64,000 nucleotides of DNA, from the NCBI GenBank assembly GCA_977018835.1, contig OZ361260.1:2046001-2110000 (forward strand), read 5' to 3'. A program made the translations under genes and the position numbers. Below, in pieces: positions 10,103 through 22,088 of this stretch. Under the pieces are notes generated by a model, which was given only the letters and a program-made list of their open reading frames with translations, did no database searches and was not told the DNA's origin. Each line of letters starts with the position of its first letter. Within the stretch, counting starts at the first letter, position 1. The stretch is from Minutocellus sp. GHC0000111. Its lineage: Eukaryota.

Positions 10103-12452
10103 CTAAGCGCCTTCGCCAACACACTCCATAACATCCTCAAAGCCACCATGCTCTGGATGGTCTCCTTTGTCTCGTCCTGACCTTGTGTTGCATTGCGCAC
10201 TCTTTTGAAGACTGGTAATGTAATGGAACCAATGAGACGGTATGTAAAGAACCTCGCCTGCTTTCAGCACAGTCTCTACAGCCATGGAATCTTTGGCAAC
10301 CTCAAGCCATGCTCTTTCCTCTTCCGGCATGGTTTGGATCTCCGGGTCATCGCTCTCCAATAAATTCAAATATCCAAAATTGAGTAGAGAGTGACGAAAG
10401 ACTGGATGTTGCCTTCGTGTTACGATGCCAAGCTTTGGACAGGCTTTTGGTGGAGAGAGAACATATCGTTTGGCACCGCTCTAGTAAGATGGAAAGAGTT
10501 GGAAAGAGAAAAGAAGTCAAGAGTTAGACAAACTCACGAGATATTTGAATATGCTGTTCGCTCGTAATCATGTACTCACCATCATAGCAACCATATTCCT
10601 GCCGGCATCGTAATGCGTAGCAGCTGTGACTCCTCGCTCTCCGAATCTGCATTGAATCCCCTTTTGCATTTCAGGCATAAAGCCAAAGAAGGTCGGCTCC
10701 GGGCTGGAAAAACTGGGCAAATCACGCGATACAAACGTCCATGTATTTTCAGGTTGCAACCGCTCCTCTTTCGGGATACCGGCCTGCCAATAGTAATGCT
10801 GTTCGGTCGGGTCCAGACCAACCTTATCAGCATATCGCGCGTGCTTAGCCCAGCGCGAATACGTCCAATCATTATCTATCGTAGGTGGCGGGCCCATTGT
10901 TCTAGGCTCTATGAAGGAAACAAGAAGGAACAAACAAAAAAGATTGAGATTAACAGCTCGGTCGGCATATTTCAGGTAAAAACCCAAAATCTGCCAACGG
11001 ACACTTACCCCAATTCATCGGCTGAAAGAAGGAGAAGAAATTTCCCTTTGCTTCTTGACAATGACCTTTGGTCATGGGGATGCCCCCGTTGGCATTTCCA
11101 CCACCGCCACCAAGCATCGTATCCAGCAAGCCAGTTTTGTTCTTCTTCCGACGAAAGGCGTCAAATTGAGACGAAATATACTCGTCAGTCCATTTCTTCC
11201 CCGCAGCTACTACCTCTGGCACATTGTAAACCTTGAATGGAAGCTCCGCGTCGCGAAATTTGAGGGCCATCGCCACCTGCTCCGGGTCATTGTAATCAAA
11301 GTGTTGCAATCGTTCCACAAATGGTTGCGGGGGGTTATCTATGTCATCCTGTGGCCAACGTGTCATTAGATTGCCGAGTGGCTCAAGGAAGGGGTATCCT
11401 CCCTCAACTGGCGGTTCTGGTAGTGTTGGAGGGTAAGTGTACTCGATAGAGGTGTAGTCCACCCGCGGACTGCTCCCGCCCGTAATGCCTCGGCCGTGAT
11501 GACGAAGATCTTTGCTTTCATCTTGCGGTCGCATTGAATCTGTATCCAAGCTCGTCGCAGTGTGTCGCCTCATGCCATCGTCGTCCGCCTCTGCCTCCCA
11601 CGGCATTGGTGGCTCACCGGCATGCCTTACCCGAAAGTCTTTGGCGCTCCGTTTGTCCGGTCGCCGTCCCAGCCCTCCCTCCAAAATCGAACGATCGATC
11701 ATATCCGCTTGGCCCGGTAGTGGAGGAAGTTGTTTCACATCGATCCATTTGTATTTGCGATTTGGAGACCAAATACCATGCTCCTTTGGGACCTCCGATT
11801 GGCCGTGGCCAGGAGCGTCACCTCTCCCGAAGCTTTTCCAAAACTTCCACCCCGGAGCAGTATCGGTAAGTGTTTCTCCTCTGCCTTCATTGTTGGCCTG
11901 CCTTCTTCTCTCTACATCTTCTGCTTCCGCTTGCGCAGCGTCTCGGTCGGCTTGTTGTGCACCGCCCTCATCAAAAGTGCCGTCAGCGACGCCATTCTTC
12001 TTCCGCAAGAGAGATGCTGCCCGTCTCCTCCTCCGGAGAGCCGCCCTTACTGCCCTTTGTCGGCCTCCACTGGTAATCGCCGTGTAGATGACAGCGAGGG
12101 CAAAAATGACGACGAAGTACTTCATGCTGTTGCTGGTATTGGTATTAGTATTGGTGCCTCTCCTTCGAGCCGATAAATCAGAATCTCCACGGCGGAACCG
12201 CTGATGACCCACGCCCAGTCGACCCTTTCGTCGCTGTGCGCGCCGACTATTGGTCGTGGTGGGAAGAGACTTGTTGGTTAGATAAGCCAGATCGGCCGAC
12301 ACGCCTCCAGCGGCGGCAGAGCCCGACCCGGTACATGTGTGGAGCGCTGCCGAATGACCATTGCTGCACTGACTGTTGCTGGAGCCTTTACTCGCCTTGG
12401 TTCGTCGGCGACCAATGGTGGCAGGGCTGCTGGCACTGTCGTGGAGCGGCAT
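10103..12452 (-). CDS. JmjC/cupin-like (Cupin_8) domain membrane-anchored protein; 3 exons
   Basis: Exons 12452-11009, 10908-10580 and 10480-10103 with phase-compatible GT-AG introns. HYD metal motif (AATHYDAGRN), LKAGEVLYIPSHWFHYI, and a TM helix YFVVIFALAVIYTAI. Confidence 0.85.
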
Positions 12453-13147
12453 GGTGTGTGAAGCAAGTACAGGCACGTCAATTGGCCACGTTGCTGATTG
12501 ATGCCGATGGCATGCAGGCATGCCATGGCCATTCCCCTTCGCGCGGTCGCGTCGGATTGAGTATCAGGTTTCTGTAAAACGTCAGCAGTACGTCCTCGTA
12601 AAAGGCCTGACTCGATCTTGCATCTCTTGATGCTCTCGTATCTTGCAATCTTCGTTGCTTGTTTGCCGGCAATGGCCGGTGCGCTCGTTTCAATCGTTTC
12701 TCCTGCCCGCAATTTTATTCTGCTCGCGCAAGAGCGGACAGAGTAGGTTCGGAGCGAAGACCAGTGTCACGACCAGTGAATGAGATGCCGCCGCAAAAAT
12801 CATACGGTAGTACTGGCAGCACTGTGGTTTTCAGCGGCTATTGTGACAGCGAAGAATTACAAACGCGCCCCGAAACCATCGACATTACGTGTAGTGTTTG
12901 GCGCAACCGCCAAACAGGACGGGCACAGGAAGCTGCAGTACTAGTAGGCCTACGCAGCGAGGAAAGAACCGAAGAAGCAAATTGCAATCGATCAGCACCG
13001 AAGGCGATTTTCCTTTCGTTTATTACAGCATTTAGCTACGCACTTCTTTGCAGAGGTTGTGGAGGTATCAGTGTCATCAGCAGTAGGGCTCATTCTTTTT
13101 GCCACAGTAGTAGATTGACGAGTACTGGCACAAATACTCTTAGCGCG

Positions 13148-14203
13148 ATGAGCGCCGACCTACTCGCGTTGGCTTCGAAAGAGGATTTCTCCCTCGTCTA
13201 CCCAATGCGACCATTTGGAACTCGCCACGGTTGAAACGTGACCCTCCCAGTGCTAGGATTTCCTTCGGTTGCCCTAGCTCGCCTAAACGACCCCTTGGAC
13301 CAGTCATTGGCAAACGAAGCAGTGCGTCATGCTGTTCTAGATCTGGGCATACGGTACTTTGATGTAGCCCCAGAGTACGGTGACGGAGTTGCTCAGGAAC
13401 GTCTTGGGCCGGCACTACAGCCATTTCGAGATGAAGTGTTCTTGGCGGCCAAGACAATGTTCCGGAGTGCCGAAGGAGCAGCAACTGATCTCGCGAATAC
13501 ACTGAAGGCATTGAAGACAGACCACCTGAATCTTTATCAATTTCATTCCATTAGTACCGAGCAGGACGTGAATGACATCCTATCAGAAGGTGGCGCAATG
13601 GAAACATTCCAAAAAGCCAAGCGAGAGGGTGAAATTGACGCCATTGGTTTCTCGGCACACTCCGAACCCATGGCAGTTCGAATGATTGAAACAGGTCTTG
13701 TTGACACAGTCATGTTTCCAATTAATTTTGTCGCGTACCATTACGGGGGAATCGGAAAGAAAGTGCTGGAAGTGGCCATAAAGTATCAGCTTGGTGTTAT
13801 TGCGCTAAAAGCTGGGGCAAGAGGACGGTTGACGAATGTAACCGGCAACGAGATTCACGTTCCCGACAAATTCAACCACATCCCAGAGTGGAAGAGACAA
13901 GAAATGATCAAGTTCCCCGTCCGGACGTCAAAGACGCATCCTACTTGCTGGTACGAGCCGGAAGATGACCCAGAAGAGTTAAATAGGCTCATATTGTGGT
14001 CGCTAAATCAGTCAGGCGTCACGGCAGTTTTGCCGCCAGGGTCTCTGGACTTGCTGGACGGAATCGCGAAAATGCTGCTAAAAGGTAAGGGAGAAGTTCC
14101 TCCATTTGATAAGGCCGACATGCAACACATGCTCGACCGATACAGGGATATTGTGCCCATCTTTCACGACAGAGATGAATCGGGAACCAAGGTATCTACT
14201 TAA
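13148..14203 (+). CDS. Aldo/keto reductase with an in-frame TGA at 13232-13234
   Basis: MRPFGTRHG*NVTLPVLGF, GIRYFDVAPEYG, FLAAKT, LYQFHSI and GFSAH all lie in one frame across the TGA. The true start may be further upstream. Confidence 0.8.
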
Positions 14204-14643
14204 AACAGGAACTGCTGGCAGCAGCACCGCACCCCTGACCGAAGATTATGGTAACATGTACCTAGGTACTTGTACAAAAGGAGAAAGTTTCTAGGCCACA
14301 CATCAATAGCAATGTGCATTTAGATATAAATGCATACTGCATGTACATGCACATAGATGAAAATTCGACACTCCTCATTCCTTGCTCGGGTTCTTGCCAT
14401 GCTTGGCCCGATCTTGGTTCCGAGCAAAGGGTCTCTTCCGAATTTTCTTCGATCTTAATCCATTGATGAGCAGGAGCCTCCTATCAACAGCGCTATGAAT
14501 TCTCGTTTCAATTCGATCCAGGACAAGAAGAAAGATACATGTAGACCAAACCTTTTTTGTTGAAGTCGAGGATTGGCTCCTGACCTGCGCGCATCCTTCT
14601 TCATTTCTCCTCTTCAAGATTATACATATGTGTGGCATCAGGC

Positions 14644-15423
14644 TGCAATAGATCGGTAATGGTAGACTGAGTTAGGTCTACAGTTCTACTGGATCAAGAG
14701 ATCCAGCTCATTAAACTCACCGAGCCAGCAGCCCGCCTGCTTGGCTCGAGCTAGCATTTCTCTCTCTCTCCTTCTCACTCGATCTCTCACACGCAGGTGC
14801 TGTTAGTCGATCCAGTCACAAGGAGATGACTTGATGGACCGGGACGGGACCATCACGTTCCGGGACACCCCGATGTTTCTAAGCGCGATGACTCTGTGCG
14901 CGCGACACGATGCAGGAAGGACAGAAAGTGGAGATTGAGGCTGTAAGTGGCCTCGCACAAAAGGGGACGAATTAGCGCAGCGCTTGACGCGCTGATCGAC
15001 AGCTTTGTGCCGGTCATCTGCCCAGAGATAAAATTGAACAGGCCACAAAGCACAGTCTGGTCCCTCTCTCCGCAGGGTGCTTCATTGAAGTTCCGCGGGA
15101 GCCCGAATCTTGGCTGAGACGTGTGGAACACCGCGGAACGAAAGCAGCAGCAAAAGACGGCATTGAATGCCGCTTCATTTTTGATCTTTCTTGACCATTT
15201 TGAGTCGCTTCTGACTCGCATTTCATTCGGAGAAAAACAAGCAGGCGAAGCAAGTGTTCCCTTGCTTCTCCTGTATGAAGAGAGAGGAGGTGCTTTAGCT
15301 CATAATTTTCAGAATTGGATTTTTGCGAAGGCAAATTCCAAGATAATTTTTAGGTAAGCAAATTTGGTATCAATTGCTGAGTAACTTTATTGTCTATCGC
15401 AGGCAATAGTCCAGCATATTGCA
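14644..15423 (+). repeat. 5' LTR (780 bp)
   Basis: Begins TGCAATA and ends TATTGCA (inverted termini); aligns end to end with 20928-21735. Confidence 0.95.
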
Positions 15424-15499
15424 CTATATCGATATAAATCAATTGTTCATTGATATCGTTTTGCATTTATCTTTCGACCGTATCTTTTCCACTGTCGAC

Positions 15500-16696
15500 A
15501 TGGAAAAGGAGTTGACAACATTTCGTCCGGTGATGAATCCCATCGAGATGAATGAAAACAAGGCCCAGAGGGCCATGGAGGTGGCCGGCATGTCCGAGAA
15601 AGCCGTCGAGAAGGCGAGGCAAGCAGCATACGGTGAGCTTCTTGACAATGCCGCCACCAAGGCTGTCGTGGATGTTATTCTTTGTCAGTTGAGGGCCAAG
15701 GATCAGAAGAGCGAGCAATATAATCCCGCGCTACTTCTGTCCCTCCACGGGAGTCTGGAAGACATGTGTCGGCGGAGAGAAGAGGTTTGCAGACTCTCTG
15801 AACTGCCGGTGTCGCAGATGGATGTGCGCTTCCGGGCCGCTCTGGCCGAGCGGGTCCAGGAGCACACCGCCGAGTATCACGAGAGATACGTGAAGAACCT
15901 CGACCGTAACACCCGCGACGGTGAGGACGGTTGCATGAGGGTGCTACCGAGCCATCCGTTGTTTGAGAGTCTGTACTGTAACGACATCCCGGCAGAGATG
16001 AAAATTTCGATTCAGGAGCTCGCCCGTTTCACGGAGAAGCTGGCACGTTTCTCCCTCGAGAAGCCCGGATGGCGGGGAACCGGTGATTTAACCCCGCTCA
16101 TCACCCAAGGCCTTCTCCACCTAGGTCTAACCGAAAATGATTGGAAGGATATTTTGGTCAGAGCGATGCCCGACCATTATGTTCGGCGCATGTTCGATCA
16201 TGGCTTCGACCCGGATGATCACAATCTCCTCGAAACGATAAATATGTTCGAGAGATTTGAAACCGCCGACAACCTGATTAGAAGGCCGACCAGGATTTCC
16301 AACACCGCCGGAAATCGCCGCCGACAACCGCCGAATCCCAATCGAAGAAACAATCACCGTCAGGGGCGACGACGACCATTCCGTCGCCAACCAAATTTTA
16401 TCTCACGTCCTTCTTTTCCCAACAATCGATTTTCTAGAAGAAATTCTCCTCATCAGAATTCTCACAATGGTTTCCATCCTAATCGTCGTTTCAATCCTAA
16501 TTTCAACCGCAGGTTTGGCTCTGGTGATAATAGTAATAATAATCGCCAGCGTCGAAACAACGGTGGGAATTTCGGAAGAAATCGAGGTAGGAATAATAAT
16601 GGAGGCGGTCGATTTAATAATCGACGACAGCAAGAGGCCAATGTGCTAGACGTTCTTAGGAGAGAGGGGTCGTCCGAATCGGACACCTCTTTATAA
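15500..16696 (+). CDS. gag: Gag-like protein with an Arg/Asn/Gly-rich C-terminus
   Basis: First ORF after the 5' LTR. It has a basic low-complexity nucleic-acid-binding-like tail and no CCHC knuckle. Confidence 0.8.
   Translation: MEKELTTFRPVMNPIEMNENKAQRAMEVAGMSEKAVEKARQAAYGELLDNAATKAVVDVILCQLRAKDQKSEQYNPALLLSLHGSLEDMCRRREEVCRLSELPVSQMDVRFRAALAERVQEHTAEYHERYVKNLDRNTRDGEDGCMRVLPSHPLFESLYCNDIPAEMKISIQELARFTEKLARFSLEKPGWRGTGDLTPLITQGLLHLGLTENDWKDILVRAMPDHYVRRMFDHGFDPDDHNLLETINMFERFETADNLIRRPTRISNTAGNRRRQPPNPNRRNNHRQGRRRPFRRQPNFISRPSFPNNRFSRRNSPHQNSHNGFHPNRRFNPNFNRRFGSGDNSNNNRQRRNNGGNFGRNRGRNNNGGGRFNNRRQQEANVLDVLRREGSSESDTSL
16655..16661 (+). promoter_or_regulatory. Candidate +1 ribosomal frameshift site CTT-AGG-A
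   Basis: Lies in the gag frame inside the 47-nt gag/pol overlap (pol-frame stop at 16647-16649, gag stop at 16694-16696). Pol is in the +1 frame. Confidence 0.65.
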
Positions 16697-19600
16697 ATTT
16701 CTGGGAGATGGCGCCTATCCTACTAACAATAAAAAGGGCATCTCTACCAATAGAAAAAGAAAAATCGATGTTAGAGATAATAATGCATATCAAACAAAAA
16801 GAAAGAAGCAAAAGGAGCATAGTTACGCTACTACTACTCGTAGTAGCAGGCGCACTTTCAATAAAAAGCGTCCAGCGACATCCAGTGACGTCACGATGAG
16901 GTCAGTGCGACCAAAAAGAGGCAACAAAACTAACATCAATATCGTTGGAGTGAGACATCTATTGAAAGGAACACGAAAGACGCCAGAATCAAATGTTACA
17001 CCAATAGTGGTGTTGTTAGCCCAAACTGGGGATAAAAGTACGCCCCAGGCGCCACTCGTTGCACTCCTAGATTCAGGGACAACGAGCTGTATTGCCATAA
17101 GCAATCGAGTGCCTTTCATCCGAGGCACCAAGGCTAGAAACACCAACTGGGCTACGAAAGCCGGTACCTTCCGTACGACGGCCAAAGGTACTTTAACCTT
17201 CATTATGTCCGAGTTCTCAACGAGGCCTAAATTTGACTTCGAGGTACACCTAGATGAGAGAGAGTCATCATCTATGTCAAGATGCGATGTTATTCTTGGT
17301 ACCAATTTCATGAAGGCCTTCGGTATCAACCTCAAATTTGACGACAACGTCATTGAATATGAAGGCGCTACTATACCGATGAGGAATAGAGAAAATCTGG
17401 ACGCCAACATGCCTCATCTAGTAGCCAACGCTATGGAAGAAACATTGGAAACGGAGGCGACGAAGGCCATGGTATCCAGAATGACACGGATAGCCGAAAG
17501 TAAGTACGAACCAGCAGACCTAGAGCAAGTAGTCAGGTCATGCGATACTCTATCCGACCAAGAGCAAGACTCACTCTACCGAATGCTGAAAGAATTCGAG
17601 TCTATGTTCGACGGGAAGCTTGGCGAATGGAAAATGGAACCTATATCCATCAAACTCAAGAAAGATGCCAAGCCAGTACACGCCAGAGCGTATACTATAC
17701 CCAAAATCTATGAGAACACGGTAAAGAATGAGATTGAGCAATTCTTACAAAGAGGAATCCTACGAAAGGTCAACCGCTCGGAATGGGCGTCCCCAACCTT
17801 CATTGTACCCAAGAAATTGAATGTTGGGCAAGACACGCCTACCGCGCGAGTAGTGGTGGACTTCAGACGAGTCAACGAAATGATAGTTAGGTACCCGTAC
17901 CCGGTACCGAAGATCCAACATCTCTTAATGACACTCGAAGGCTTCACCTTCGCGACAAGTTTAGATCTGATCCAAGGTTACCATCAAATGCCATTGGACA
18001 ATGAGGCTAGAAAGGTCTGCACGATAGTGCTACCGTGGGGGAAATACGAGTATACCCGACTACCAATGGGTATTAAATTGGCAGGAGACGCATTCCAACA
18101 ACGAATGAACGATCTCCTCGGCCATCTCCCTTACGTCCGATGCTACCTCGACGACATACTCATAGTCACCAAGAAAGATTGGAAAGAGCACGTCGAATGC
18201 ATCCGCACGGTACTAGAAACAATGGGTAGCGCTGGTCTCAAGGTCAATGCAGAGAAATCTTTCTTCGGACGAAGAGAGCTAGACTACCTTGGATACCACA
18301 TCAGCCAAGAAGGCATCCGACCGGACACCAAGAAGGTGGAGGCCATCAAAGCTCTGGCAGCGCCCAAAACACGCCGCCAGCTACGCTCGTTCATAGGAAT
18401 GGTAAATTTCTACCGCGATATGTGGAAGCAACGCTCCCACCTACTCGCACCAATGACAAAATTAATGTCACCAAAGAAGCCGTTCAAATGGACTGACGTA
18501 GAACAAAAGGCCTTCGAAGAGATCAAAAATCACATTTCATCCGAATCCCTTCTAACCTACCCCAATTTCGACCTTCCATTCGATGTATATACCGACGCTA
18601 GTGACCGCCAACTTGGCGCAGTCATATCGCAGGAAGGCAGACCAATTGCTCATTTTTCGCGCACGCTCAATCCAGCGCAGCGCAACTACACCGTTACTGA
18701 CAAAGAGACACTATCTATCGTCGAACTCCTCAAAGAATACAGAAATATACTCTACGGCCACAAGATCCGAGTATATACTGACCACAAAAACATTACACAA
18801 CCAAATATATCATCCCAGCGCATTATGCGATGGCGCACTATTATGGAGGAATATGGCATAGAGCTTATCTACCTCAAAGGCACACACAATGTGGCAGCCG
18901 ATGCTCTCAGCCGCCTCCCGCGAGAGACCATCGCAGAGGAGTCCAACGCTATCGACTACCCGGAATGCCTCAACGTAGACGCCCTACCAGAGGACGCATT
19001 CCCTATCCGATACAATGTGATCGGCGTTGAGCAACAATTGGATAATAACCTGGTCCAACGCGTCGATAAACCTGATGATCTCATGCTCCGCCCTTTTGTT
19101 GGAGGCGGAACCGTCAGCAATCTCATATGCAACGAAGAAGGGAAGATTATTATACCAGCATCACTACAAAACAGAGTATTGACCTGGTATCATTCGCGCC
19201 TGGTGCATCCAGGCCGTGACAGATTGTATGAAACAATATTCCAACACTTCGACTGGCCTAAGAAAGGGCAATTAAGGAATGCAGTAGGAGCATTCGTCAA
19301 AGGATGTAGTGTCTGCCAAATGACAAAAAGGCAGACCAAAAAGTATGGTCATCTCCCAGAAAAGCGGGTAGAAAGCCTCCCATGGGAGACGGTACACATT
19401 GACCTATACGGCCCAAAGAAAATAAAAAGGACAAATGGACCACCGATAGAATTCAAGGTGGTAACCATGATAGATCCCGTGACAGGGTGGTTCGAGATGT
19501 GCAGCTTCGACGACAAACAACCGGAGACGGTACTGAACATCCTCGAACACCAATGGTTGGCGAGATATCCGAGACCAAGTAAGATCATTGCCGATCGCGG

Positions 19601-20217
19601 AGGCGAATTCGTAGGACACGTATTCAGACAAACCCTACACGACGACTATGGCATTGAACTACGGCTTATCACTACGGCTAACCCGCAAGCCAACGCGGTC
19701 GTAGAGAGAATGCACCAAGTCATAGGCAACATGCTTCGCACGATGAGCCTAGAAGACATGTATTTGCTTCCTCCGCCATATGACCCATTCGCCGGTGTCA
19801 TATCGGCGATCGGATATGCGATAAGATCAACTTGGCACACCACCAACCAAGCAACCCCGGGACAATTAGTGTTCGGAAGAGACATGGCTTTGAACATAAA
19901 ACACGTCGCAGATTGGAATTACATCCAACAACGCAAACAAAGAATCGCGACCACCAACAACCAAAGAGAAAATAGCCGCAGAGTGCCTCATCGATACGAA
20001 GTAGGCGACAAGGTGTGGAAGATTAAAGCCAGCCACACCGGCGGAGGCTTAACAGCCACGCTAGAGAAGGCGGTAGAAGGACCGTACCTCATCACAAGGA
20101 AGGGTGAAGGACAACGGAACGGTCACTATCCGCCGACAGGTACGCGGCGGAGCGAGATACGAAACGCTCAACATCAGACGTATACGTCCTTACAATGAGA
20201 CACAACAACAAGCATGA
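16656..20217 (+). CDS. pol: Pol polyprotein (protease, RT, RNase H, integrase); C-terminal frameshift at about 20100
   Basis: Frame open from 16650. Motifs ALLDSGTT, LPMG...YLDD, YTDASD, H-H-C-C zinc finger, IIADRG...NAVVERMH and GPY. An AAGG duplication shifts the conserved tail RVKDNGTVTI...NIRRIRPY. Confidence 0.95.
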
Positions 20218-20927
20218 GCCGTGAGCGAAGAAATATGCCGCCACGAGCTGCCGCAGAGGCAAACAATAGAGAACTACTAGCACCGCGAGCGAAGAAAAGC
20301 ATTCCGTCGCGATGAGTAAACAGCCACGAAGCGAAGAAGATGCCGCCGTGAGCTAGATTAAAGCACAGGACAGCATGGCGAAGAAGATACCGCCATGAAA
20401 GAAACAAAGACGTGAACCAAACAACATGAAAAGAAGCATGTAAAGGCCTAAGCATAGAAAAGAAAGAGCAAAAACGCAAACAAATAAAAGTGTCTCGATC
20501 TGGGCGCACAAACGAAACCCGGAAAACGCAGGATGTGCGAACCAAGATGGGCTCATAACCCAATAATGATTTTTTCACGTCTGTCCGCCGTCCCTCGCTG
20601 CGAGAGGGAAGAAGCAAACAAGACTCAAGCGCGCGAGGAGCAGCCAATGACTGACGAGCCTAGTCGACTGATCACCGACACCACATGGTGAGCAGCGCCG
20701 GCACAACTCCCATGGCCACGCGCAAAGCTACACATGATGTGCCCCTCGCGAACAAAAGGTGAGTGAGCCAAACACAAGCTGACTGAGAGCCAGCCTCCAC
20801 CGAAGAAGGCCAGCAGCAGGCAGGCAAAAGCAAGCAAGCGCGAAGCGGCCGCGCACAACAAAAGGTAAGCACAACTTGACCGACACTTGAACACCACTCC
20901 TCTGACATGGATCGAGGAGGCGAGTGC

Positions 20928-21735
20928 TGCAACAGATCAGCAATGGCAGACTGAGTTAGGTGTCTACAGTTCTGCTGGATCAAGAGATCCAGCTCATTAA
21001 AAACTCTCACCAAGCCAGCAGCCCGCCTGCTTGGCTCGAGCTAGCATTTCTCTCTCTCTCCTTCTTCTCACTCGATCTCTCACACGCAGGTGCTGTTAGT
21101 CGATCCAGTCACAAGGAGATGACTTGATGGACCGGGACGGGACCATCACGTTCCGGGACACCCCGATGTTTCTAAGCAAGCGCGATGACTCTGTGCGCGC
21201 GACACGATGCAGGAAGGACAGAAAGTGGAGATTGAGGCTGTAAGTGGCCTCGCACAAAAGGGGACGAATTAGCGCAGCGCTTGACGCGCTGATCGACAGC
21301 TTTGTGCCGGCCATCTGCCCAGAGATAAAATTGAACAGGCCACAAAGCACAGTCTGGTCCCTCTCTCCGCAGGGTGCTTCATTGTTGAAGTTCCGCGGGA
21401 GAGCCCGAATCTTGGCTGAGACGTGCGTGTGGAACACCGCGGAACGAAAGCAGCAGCAAAAGACGGCATTGAATGCCGCTTCATTTTTGATCTTTCTTGA
21501 TCATTTTGAGTCGCTTCTGACTCGCATTTCATTCGGAGAAAAACAAGCAGGCGAAGCAAGTGTGTTCCCTTGCTTCTCCTCCTGCATGAAGAGAGAGGAA
21601 GGTGCTTTAGCTCATAATTTTCAGAATTGGATTTTTGCGAAGGCAAATTCCAAGATAATTTTTAGGTAAGCAAGTTTGGTATCAATTGCTGAATAACTTT
21701 ATTGTCTATCGCAGGCAATAGTCCAGCATATTGCA
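20928..21735 (+). repeat. 3' LTR (808 bp)
   Basis: TGCAACA...TATTGCA, preceded by the purine-rich GAGGAGGCGAG. Confidence 0.95.
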
Positions 21736-22088
21736 CATTGAAGTTCCGCGGGAGAGCCCGAATCTTGGCTGAGACGTGCGTGTGGAACACCGCGGAACGA
21801 AAGCAGCAGCAAAAGACGGCATTGAATGCCGCTTCATTTTTGATCTTTCTTGACCATTTTGAGTCGCTTCTGACTCGCATTTCATTCGGAGAAAAACAAG
21901 CAGGCGAAGCAAGTGTGTTCCCTTGCTTCTCCTCCTGCATGAAGAGAGAGGAAGGTGCTTTAGCTCATAATTTTCAGAATTGGATTTTTGCGAAGGCAAA
22001 TTCCAAGATAATTTTTAGGTAAGCAAGTTTGGTATCAATTGCTGAGTAACTTTATTGTCTATCGCAGGCAATAGTCCAGCATGTTGCA
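21736..22088 (+). repeat. Tandem duplicate of the distal 353 bp of the LTR
   Basis: Near-identical to about 21380-21735; ends TGTTGCA and is followed directly by the TSD. Confidence 0.93.

Larger units (their letters stand above)
14644..22088 (+). mobile_element. Full-length Ty3/gypsy LTR retrotransposon
   Basis: LTRs with TG...CA termini; 5-bp TSD CAGGC at 14639-14643 and 22089-22093; gag followed by PR-RT-RH-IN domain order. Confidence 0.97.

Noticed and set aside
13232..13234. Selenocysteine codon
   Set aside because: The position corresponds to a hydrophobic non-catalytic residue rather than Cys, and no SECIS element was recognised.
20174..22022. Short ORFs in the gypsy 3' region and LTRs (env-like or antisense genes)
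   Set aside because: They are low-complexity, differ between LTR copies by frameshifting indels, and show no motifs.
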